In this document: piece by piece, positions 57,376-64,000 of the stretch
Layout: every line of letters begins with the position of its first letter
How positions within the stretch are numbered: position 1 is the stretch's first letter
From: an uncultured virus (IMG/VR IMGVR_UViG_3300031555_006527)
Lineage: Duplodnaviria > Heunggongvirae > Uroviricota > Caudoviricetes
DNA: 64,000 nt
Direction: 5' to 3' (one strand)
IMG/VR virus record: IMGVR_UViG_3300031555_006527
Made by a program: the position numbers and the translations under genes
Notes under the pieces: generated by a model
The model's input: the letters and a program-made list of their open reading frames with translations, nothing else
The model's database searches: none
Told to the model about the DNA's origin: nothing

Positions 57376-58485
57376 ATGAAAATATCAAAAATCGTATTAA
57401 CAGGTGGCCCATGTGCCGGGAAATCAACCTCAATGAGTTTAGTTCAAACCGAATTTGAAAATAAAGGATATCGAGTTTTATTTGTTCCTGAAACAGCAAC
57501 TGAGCTAATTCTAGGAGGTATTTCCGGAACTACTTGTCAAGATATTGTAGACTTTCAGACCTATATTATGCGTCTTCAGTTAGAAAAAGAGCATATCTTT
57601 GAAGAAGCTGCTAAAAAAATGGATTGTGATAAAGTCCTTATTATTTGTGATAGAGGTGCTTTAGATGGAAAGGCTTTTGTTACAGAAGAACAATTTAAGC
57701 AAGTCTTAAAAAATCTTAATAAAAATGAAGTAGAACTTCGTGATGAATATGATGCGGTATTTCATTTAGTGACTGCTGCCAAAGGTGCGGAAGAGTTTTA
57801 TACCTTAGAAAATAATGCCGCAAGAAGAGAAACCACGGAAGAAGCTATTGAGGCTGATGCAAAATTAGTTTCTGCATGGACTGGACATCCTCATTTAAGA
57901 GTTATTGATAACTCAACAGATTTTTCTGAGAAAATGAGAAGAACAATTGCTGAAATTTCCTCCTTTTTAGGAGAACCAGAACCATTGGAAATTGAACGTA
58001 AGTTTTTGATTGAATACCCTGATTTAGACTGGTTAGAACAAAATCCAAATTGTCAACGAGTAGAAATAATACAAACATATTTAAATGCTCCAGAAGGAGA
58101 AGAATCTCGCATTCGACAGAGAGGTATTAACGGGCATTATACCTATTCTCAAACTACAAAGAAAAAAATTTCTGATATAAAACGGATTGAAACAGAACGT
58201 AGAATTTCTAAAGAAGAATATTTAGAACTACTAATGGACGCAGACCCAGAAAAAAGACCAATTAGAAAAACGAGATATTGTTTAACTCATGAAAATCAAT
58301 ATTTTGAAATTGATACCTATCCTTTCTGGAAAAAGAAAGCAATTATGGAAATTGAATTAAGTGATGAAAATCAAAGTATTTCATTTCCAGAACAAATCAA
58401 AATTATTAAAGAGGTAACAGAAGATAATTCTTATAAAAATGCTTCTTTAGCTTCTGTTTCTAATTTTTCAACAATGCCTTTATAA
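57376..58485 (+). CDS. P-loop kinase (AAA_28-like) fused to a CYTH domain
   Basis: LTGGPCAGKST; CDRG.LD; EIERKFL (ExExK); R.R.R; FEIDTYP; MEIEL. Confidence 0.85.
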   Translation: MKISKIVLTGGPCAGKSTSMSLVQTEFENKGYRVLFVPETATELILGGISGTTCQDIVDFQTYIMRLQLEKEHIFEEAAKKMDCDKVLIICDRGALDGKAFVTEEQFKQVLKNLNKNEVELRDEYDAVFHLVTAAKGAEEFYTLENNAARRETTEEAIEADAKLVSAWTGHPHLRVIDNSTDFSEKMRRTIAEISSFLGEPEPLEIERKFLIEYPDLDWLEQNPNCQRVEIIQTYLNAPEGEESRIRQRGINGHYTYSQTTKKKISDIKRIETERRISKEEYLELLMDADPEKRPIRKTRYCLTHENQYFEIDTYPFWKKKAIMEIELSDENQSISFPEQIKIIKEVTEDNSYKNASLASVSNFSTMPL

Positions 58486-58519
58486 AACGTATTTTCAAGT
58501 GCTTTAGAAAGAGGTTTTT

Positions 58520-59269
58520 ATGGAATATTTTCGCAAAGATTCTAAAACAAACGCCATTTTATTTACGAGAGATAATTTTGATGAAATTCGGAAGATGACA
58601 AAAGGAAATGCTTTTGATTTTACCATTGAAAGAAGACCGGATGGAGCTTGTTATTTTTCTCTTGCCGTTCCGGGTCATGGAATTCAGAGAATATACGAAA
58701 ACAATTATCTTATTTTTTCCGAAACTGGTTCTTTTCTTAAAGCTGTTCCTAAAAAACAGTTTGAAGAAGATTATGTCTCCATGTCTCAGGCAACCACGCC
58801 TGTTGATTTACAAGTTTTTCAGGATTTATTAGAGAACTTAAAGAGCGAAAGAACTATATATGCAAACCCTATTGGAACCGATAGCGATGCAGAATATTAT
58901 CGTTATGAAGGCAAAGTAGAAGGCTTAGATTATGCCATCTGCAAAGTAGAACAAATAACAACTTCAATGAAAGAGTCTTCCTCGTTTCTTCCAAAATGTA
59001 ATATTGGAGACCATGTTCATTTTATGGACGAATTTTATAATCAAGTCTTTCTATTAGATGTTACCGGAATAATAATTTCAAAAGGTGTGAAAGGTCCAAT
59101 ATATCAATATAATTGTTGCCTTTATGATTCTTATGGAGACCCCGTTGAAGAGTATGAATTCGAAACTGATGACTTTGATAAAGTAGTCTTCCTAAATGAA
59201 TCAGATGCACAAAAAATGTTAGAAAAAAGAAACCAACAAAAAATGAATCCACCAATATTTTCAAGATAA
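58520..59269 (+). CDS. Mosaic hypothetical protein (ends FSR)
   Basis: RBS plus ORF; P.C.IGD module. Confidence 0.65.
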   Translation: MEYFRKDSKTNAILFTRDNFDEIRKMTKGNAFDFTIERRPDGACYFSLAVPGHGIQRIYENNYLIFSETGSFLKAVPKKQFEEDYVSMSQATTPVDLQVFQDLLENLKSERTIYANPIGTDSDAEYYRYEGKVEGLDYAICKVEQITTSMKESSSFLPKCNIGDHVHFMDEFYNQVFLLDVTGIIISKGVKGPIYQYNCCLYDSYGDPVEEYEFETDDFDKVVFLNESDAQKMLEKRNQQKMNPPIFSR

Positions 59270-59280
59270 GGAGTTTATAT

Positions 59281-59538
59281 ATGGCAGGACACATTATAGA
59301 CAAAGACAATACACTAAAAGCTTTACGCTCCATAAACAGTTTGCTTGGACAATCTTTAATGATTATCAAAAAAGTAAATGAAGATGAACAATGGGATTTT
59401 TGTACCGATGCACATCTGGCAGAAGAAATTTCTACTGCAGAAAGATTGATTGGAGATATTTCCAAAATAGTTTTTCAAGAAGAAAATTCACAAACAGAAA
59501 CGGAACACAATTCTTTTAACGATTCTTTTTACAGGTAA
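59281..59538 (+). CDS. Hypothetical protein (ends FYR)
   Basis: AAGGAG RBS plus ORF. Confidence 0.6.
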   Translation: MAGHIIDKDNTLKALRSINSLLGQSLMIIKKVNEDEQWDFCTDAHLAEEISTAERLIGDISKIVFQEENSQTETEHNSFNDSFYR

Positions 59539-59553
59539 GGAGCTTTATGATTT

Positions 59554-60270
59554 ATGGAACAAAAATTATATTATTATTGCATTTCTCCAAATGAAGGTTT
59601 AATTCAAAAAGAATATGAGGTTACCTTCCGTCATGATAATTTTAACGGAGATGTATACGAAAAAGTTGGATGGAGTCCTATGCCAGAACCGTACACATAT
59701 GGCATAAAGACTAAAGAAATTGAAAAAGTTGATAATCGATATCTGTCAGTATGTTTATTGGAAGATAATCCTTTAAAAGCTATTTCCCTCTTGCAGACGA
59801 CAATCCGAAAGAAAATGTATCCATTACAAAAAATGTTTGAATTTCTAGAACAAGAAGAACTCAAAATTCAAGATAAGGCAGACCAAATAGAACTTGAAGA
59901 AATGAAAAAGCTACAGAATCGTTTTAACGAGCTTATAGACACTTTGGAAACTATGTATACAATGCCAGAATATACTTATAAAATGCTTTATTTTCTTGAT
60001 GGGCTGAGTGATAGACAAATTTGGTCCAACTTTAAGCATCGTCAGCAAGACGGTATTCTTCCGGTAACTATATCTACATATTTAACAAGAAAGAACAACA
60101 ATGATATTTATCGTGCTGTTGCAATTTATGATGACAGTTCTGCAGAGTATCCGATTATTACTTGGCATGGTTCATTAGAGGAGTTTGAAGCTATCGTAAA
60201 ACAATACATTCCGGAAGCTTTGGAGTATACAGAAGAATTCAATAAAACATTAGAAGGAATACAAAAATGA
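59554..60270 (+). CDS. Hypothetical protein
   Basis: RBS plus ORF; C-terminal Y.PEA..Y..E shared with 60930. Confidence 0.65.
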   Translation: MEQKLYYYCISPNEGLIQKEYEVTFRHDNFNGDVYEKVGWSPMPEPYTYGIKTKEIEKVDNRYLSVCLLEDNPLKAISLLQTTIRKKMYPLQKMFEFLEQEELKIQDKADQIELEEMKKLQNRFNELIDTLETMYTMPEYTYKMLYFLDGLSDRQIWSNFKHRQQDGILPVTISTYLTRKNNNDIYRAVAIYDDSSAEYPIITWHGSLEEFEAIVKQYIPEALEYTEEFNKTLEGIQK

Positions 60271-60596
60271 CAAAAGAAAACATTATAAAAACTTTGGAAT
60301 ACACAAAAAGAAATTGCGGTCTCCCTGAACAAGGAGATGGCTGGAGTCCTAATGCAGAAACTAAAGCATTAGATATCGCCATTGACTGTGTAAATCTAGT
60401 AGACCAATATAAAGAACTTGGTTCTCCTTCTGAATTACGTGCGGCATTGGAATTCATTAAAGAAGTTAAAAATGCATTAGAACAAGATTGTGCTTATCCA
60501 GAAGATATAGAATTTAATATTCGAGATGCTTATCAGGAGTATATGGACGAACTGCAGTTATCAAAAGATTATTATGCAGAACAACAAGGACGGTAA
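60267..60596 (+). CDS. Hypothetical protein, Y..LG.P.EL module
   Basis: Overlapping ATGA coupling. Confidence 0.65.
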   Translation: MTKENIIKTLEYTKRNCGLPEQGDGWSPNAETKALDIAIDCVNLVDQYKELGSPSELRAALEFIKEVKNALEQDCAYPEDIEFNIRDAYQEYMDELQLSKDYYAEQQGR

Positions 60597-60602
60597 CGTA
60601 TT

Positions 60603-60878
60603 ATGCTTAATAAAGGTTCAAAAATTTATTACATAGACTATGAAGAATCTGAGGCTTCATATACTATAATTGCAATGCAATTTGTTAAAAATCATGAATT
60701 TTATCCGGATGGAATTTTATATACGGTTCATTCAGATAGTTTTTCTCAAAGTTCAGGCTATTATCCGATGCATGAATACAGTATTGACAAAGAAGATGGA
60801 AGGTTTTTTACAACCCCTGAAAAAGCACATGATGCTTACGAAGCTTTTTTAAAACAGAAATCTAATCTACGGAGGTGA
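60603..60878 (+). CDS. Hypothetical protein (ends LRR)
   Basis: RBS plus ORF. Confidence 0.6.
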   Translation: MLNKGSKIYYIDYEESEASYTIIAMQFVKNHEFYPDGILYTVHSDSFSQSSGYYPMHEYSIDKEDGRFFTTPEKAHDAYEAFLKQKSNLRR

Positions 60879-60929
60879 TTTTATGAATAAACCCGGCATA
60901 GATAACTTTATAAGAAAGGAAAAACCATT

Positions 60930-61226
60930 ATGATAAATATGTACCATTCAGAAGATAAAGAGTATGAACGAGAGAGCAATTTTTGGATTACTTGTTATAT
61001 GACTTTTAATGATAACAATCCGATTCATGCCGATAATTCTTTTCATAATACAATTGTTGCTAAAAATATTGACACAGCAGAAGAGCTACATATTAAAAAT
61101 CTTCAATGGATATCCTCTTTTTTAGAAGATATGACAGAAGAATATATTCTCAAATATCTTCCAGAAGCTATATCGTATATTACAGAATTGCGTTCAAAAG
61201 ATTATTACAAAGAATTTACAAGATGA
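60930..61226 (+). CDS. Hypothetical protein (ends FTR)
   Basis: RBS plus ORF. Confidence 0.6.
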   Translation: MINMYHSEDKEYERESNFWITCYMTFNDNNPIHADNSFHNTIVAKNIDTAEELHIKNLQWISSFLEDMTEEYILKYLPEAISYITELRSKDYYKEFTR

Positions 61227-61241
61227 CTATTAGAGGTATTT

Positions 61242-61634
61242 ATGCAGCTTATTCTAGATATTAAAAATACAAAAGACTCTATGACCGATAAAATAAATAG
61301 TATGCAAATCCCTGAAGCTATTGAATTACTGGATAATCTTATCGGAATGGTAGAAGACAATCATGATAGTGATTATGATATGGCTCTCAAGCTAGGCATC
61401 AAAGCTCTCAAAGAGTTACAGAGTTCGAAACAAATACTAGAACAATATGAATTCTTAGGAACTCCTATACAAATTCTTGAAAAAATAGGTGGATTAGATG
61501 TTGAACTTGGAAAATACGCCTGTCTTGGAACCGTAGAAGAATTTCGTGAAGCATTAGACAAAGCATCTGCTTATGATGAATTCGTTGCAGAACAAGGCCT
61601 TTTAGGAGAGAATCCAGATATTTTACGGAGGTAA
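61242..61634 (+). CDS. Hypothetical protein, two Y..LGT modules (ends LRR)
   Basis: RBS plus ORF. Confidence 0.65.
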   Translation: MQLILDIKNTKDSMTDKINSMQIPEAIELLDNLIGMVEDNHDSDYDMALKLGIKALKELQSSKQILEQYEFLGTPIQILEKIGGLDVELGKYACLGTVEEFREALDKASAYDEFVAEQGLLGENPDILRR

Positions 61635-61638
61635 AGTT

Positions 61639-61944
61639 ATGCATGAGCATGATATGACAAGCCAAAGTGCAATCAATAAACTGGAATGTGAACGGAAACA
61701 GAATAATACTCCAAGTGTTGATATTGCCTATGCTATGGCAGTTGATGCCTTAGAAAAGCAGGAGAAGTTGGAAAAATATTCAAAAATGCTCGAATCGACC
61801 TTTGACTGGGGCTGTAACGACCATGCTAAATATTTATATTCTCTTGCTGTTTATTCTGTGATTTCAGGAAAAGAAATCTTTAAAGAATGTGAAGAAGAAT
61901 TTATCGAATATATTGCAGAAAGTACACACGCATTTTCAAGATAA
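61639..61944 (+). CDS. Hypothetical protein (ends FSR)
   Basis: GGAGG RBS; MAVDALEKQ. Confidence 0.6.
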   Translation: MHEHDMTSQSAINKLECERKQNNTPSVDIAYAMAVDALEKQEKLEKYSKMLESTFDWGCNDHAKYLYSLAVYSVISGKEIFKECEEEFIEYIAESTHAFSR

Positions 61945-61956
61945 GGAGATTATTTT

Positions 61957-62742
61957 ATGAAATATCCAATATCCGAAAAAGGAAAAGAAATGTTACAATT
62001 CCAAGCTGATTTAGCAACCAAGCACGGCTATAAACTAATATTAAAAAAGAATCCTCAATATAATTCAAATAATCTCATTAGTCCAGAAAATCCAAAGCTA
62101 ATTCATGATGACAGTTTTATAGAAAAATACAGAGCAGAACTCCCGGAATGGTGCAAAACTGCTTCTAAACAAAAACAGTATCCATTGATTTCTTTAGATG
62201 GGACCTTACTTTGTACTGACATTGAACGTATTGTTATTGGTGATTATGGTGCATTTATTGAAATTTCTCCAGAACATATGGTAACTAATAACCTTAAGGT
62301 AAAAGAAGGTCAGGAATTTCGTATCAACGACGAAAAATATAGCCTTCATGTAAAGTATCATTGGTATACAGCAAAAGATAATTCAGATTGTAAGGTGTAT
62401 TTTCAGCAAAAAACAGTTACTTATGCCGACTATAAACCGGGAATGTATTATATTTCTCCTTATGAAGTAATTCCGGTTGCTTTAGAATTTGACCGATATA
62501 AACAAGCAGAATTAACAGGAGATTTAAGTCCTGTTTTGCCGTGTCCAATTGGAACCATGGTTCATGAACCTTATAAGTTCTGTGGAGACGGAGCTTGGGA
62601 AATCGACCATCATTATTTGAAACTGGAAGATATTCAAAAGATAAAAGATGGTAAAGTCTTTATTGAGGAACAAGATGCTATAGCATATATTTCAGAACAA
62701 GAATCTATAGAATATAGTGGAAATCCACTTATTATGAGGTAA
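61957..62742 (+). CDS. Mosaic hypothetical protein (ends IMR)
   Basis: RIVIGDYGAFIE..VKY.WY..YFQ.KTV.YADYKPGMYYISP domain plus LPC.IG module. Confidence 0.7.
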   Translation: MKYPISEKGKEMLQFQADLATKHGYKLILKKNPQYNSNNLISPENPKLIHDDSFIEKYRAELPEWCKTASKQKQYPLISLDGTLLCTDIERIVIGDYGAFIEISPEHMVTNNLKVKEGQEFRINDEKYSLHVKYHWYTAKDNSDCKVYFQQKTVTYADYKPGMYYISPYEVIPVALEFDRYKQAELTGDLSPVLPCPIGTMVHEPYKFCGDGAWEIDHHYLKLEDIQKIKDGKVFIEEQDAIAYISEQESIEYSGNPLIMR

Positions 62743-62759
62743 CAGAAAGGACTTGAATC

Positions 62760-63170
62760 ATGATAAAAGATTCTACAAAAAACGTGTCATTTTATACAAG
62801 TTATTTTGCAAAATTAAAAGACTTACCGGAAGATATTGTCCCTATTTCTATTTGTGGCAAAGCTCCGGCTTGGTATACGGGTATCCAATATAAAAAACTA
62901 GCTCCAAAATATAGCTTTTTTGCAAAATATAAAGAAGATGGCGATGCAGAGCACTATGACAAATGTTTTCAGGAACAGGTTTTAGGTGTTTTAGATTTTA
63001 ATCAAACAATAGAAGAGTTAATGAACCTTTCTGGCGGAAAAGACATTGCTCTTATTTGTTACGAAAAACCCACAGATTTTTGTCATAGACAATTAGTTGC
63101 TGATTGGATACGAGAACATGGTTTAGAGTGTTCCGAATATGAGTTTCAAAAGAAAACAATGACAATGTAA
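62760..63170 (+). CDS. DUF488-like protein (ends MTM)
   Basis: YTSYFA..ISI..P.WY..LAP..LICYEKP.DFCHR.LVA.W. Confidence 0.7.
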   Translation: MIKDSTKNVSFYTSYFAKLKDLPEDIVPISICGKAPAWYTGIQYKKLAPKYSFFAKYKEDGDAEHYDKCFQEQVLGVLDFNQTIEELMNLSGGKDIALICYEKPTDFCHRQLVADWIREHGLECSEYEFQKKTMTM

Positions 63171-63243
63171 TTCTAGATAACGGAGATTAGTTCCTGCAAA
63201 GCAGGAAAAAGGCGTCCGTTATATCAATGGAGGATTTTTTATT

Positions 63244-63720
63244 ATGATGACTTATCATTTCCCGTTTAATCCCGAAGACACATTATATCAAGTAATCACT
63301 CATAGAAACGGAGATAAAGAAATAGAACCCGTTACAATCCATAAAATCATAATCGACAAAAATGGAGTTGCCTATATTGATAACGTTCAGCAAAAACTCT
63401 TTCGTGGAGATGCTTTTGGAAAAGAATTATTTGATTCGCAATATGAAGCCTTTAAACAATTAACAAAAGAATGTAAACTCCCTTGTAAAATTGGAACTAA
63501 ATTATATGGATATAAACCTTTTGGTTCTGGAATAATTCCGACTATAATGCCAATTACAATTAGCAAAATTACGAAAGAAAATGGCCAAATTTATTTAGTA
63601 GATGACAACAAGGTCAAATATTCTATAGCTCAAATTGGAGAGTCTATATTTTTTTCTGAAGAAAAAGCAGAAGAATCTATAGAAGAAAAATTCAAACAAA
63701 GCCCTAATTTTTACCGCTAA
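63244..63720 (+). CDS. Tandem PC.IG-module protein (ends FYR)
   Basis: Two repeated modules each ending G...F.S..EA. Confidence 0.65.
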   Translation: MMTYHFPFNPEDTLYQVITHRNGDKEIEPVTIHKIIIDKNGVAYIDNVQQKLFRGDAFGKELFDSQYEAFKQLTKECKLPCKIGTKLYGYKPFGSGIIPTIMPITISKITKENGQIYLVDDNKVKYSIAQIGESIFFSEEKAEESIEEKFKQSPNFYR

Positions 63721-63745
63721 ATCATTTTAAGAAAGGAATTCATTT

Positions 63746-64000
63746 ATGGGAATGTATGATACCATCAATGGGGAGCAGGTAAAATGCTTCCCATGGGTTT
63801 CTCTATATCATGGAGAAATTACTTATCATGGAGGAGATTTAAAATATTATGAAAAAGGCTCTGAAGTTCCTTTTCGAAAACCTCATTATAACTATGGTAA
63901 AAATTTTATCATTTTAGATTATAATCGTTTCCCGGAAAGTAAATATGCCGATTATCAATACTATCTTCATATTATTGAAGATGGTAAAGTAAAGAAAACT
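63746..64000 (+). CDS. Hypothetical protein, 5' partial (MGMYDTINGEQVKCF...)
   Basis: GAAAGGA RBS; open to the window end. Confidence 0.6.
   Translation, partial: MGMYDTINGEQVKCFPWVSLYHGEITYHGGDLKYYEKGSEVPFRKPHYNYGKNFIILDYNRFPESKYADYQYYLHIIEDGKVKKT

Noticed and set aside
1..64000. Alternative genetic code (stop-codon reassignment)
   Set aside because: Long genes are intact under code 11; TAA, TAG and TGA all terminate genes followed by new RBSs; no suppressor tRNA is seen.

Overview
AT-rich window with essentially every gene on the + strand. It most likely comes from a very large mobile element of Clostridia (Lachnospiraceae-like). A conjugative megaplasmid or ICE fits best, since a VirD4-like C-terminus and a Tad/Flp pilus operon are present and no virion genes are visible, but a jumbo phage cannot be excluded. 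Layout: (1) 1-10.4 kb, VirD4 end, Tad-like pilus operon, RuvC-like resolvase and an XRE regulator. (2) 10.4-21.8 kb plus 26.4-26.7 kb, an RNA island with 7 intact tRNAs, a tmRNA, a ROOL/GOLLD-like large RNA, an HNH endonuclease, a nucleotidyltransferase, a DUF2828/TROVE-like vWA protein and at least 8 aberrant tRNA-like RNAs. (3) 21.8-42.4 kb, surface, membrane and accessory genes (Ig-like protein, CapA, YvyF-like, LRR lipoprotein, SPFH, flotillin, YqeY, HPr-like, Gmk). (4) 42.5-64 kb, one long run of small mosaic ORFs. Five signals are not explained by standard annotation: (a) tRNA-like scaffolds and stem-loops that display sequences antisense to Shine-Dalgarno plus start codon; (b) a shared C-terminal hydrophobic-[S/T]-[R/M] tail on nearly all proteins of the distal array, a candidate secretion signal; (c) a GTAWTTWCAA motif at gene junctions of that array; (d) a 30-bp promoter-like motif present 16 times; (e) a repeated stem-ACAGCAA/UGUA RNA motif linked to the DUF2828 gene. 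All functional assignments come from reading motifs by eye; no database searches were run.
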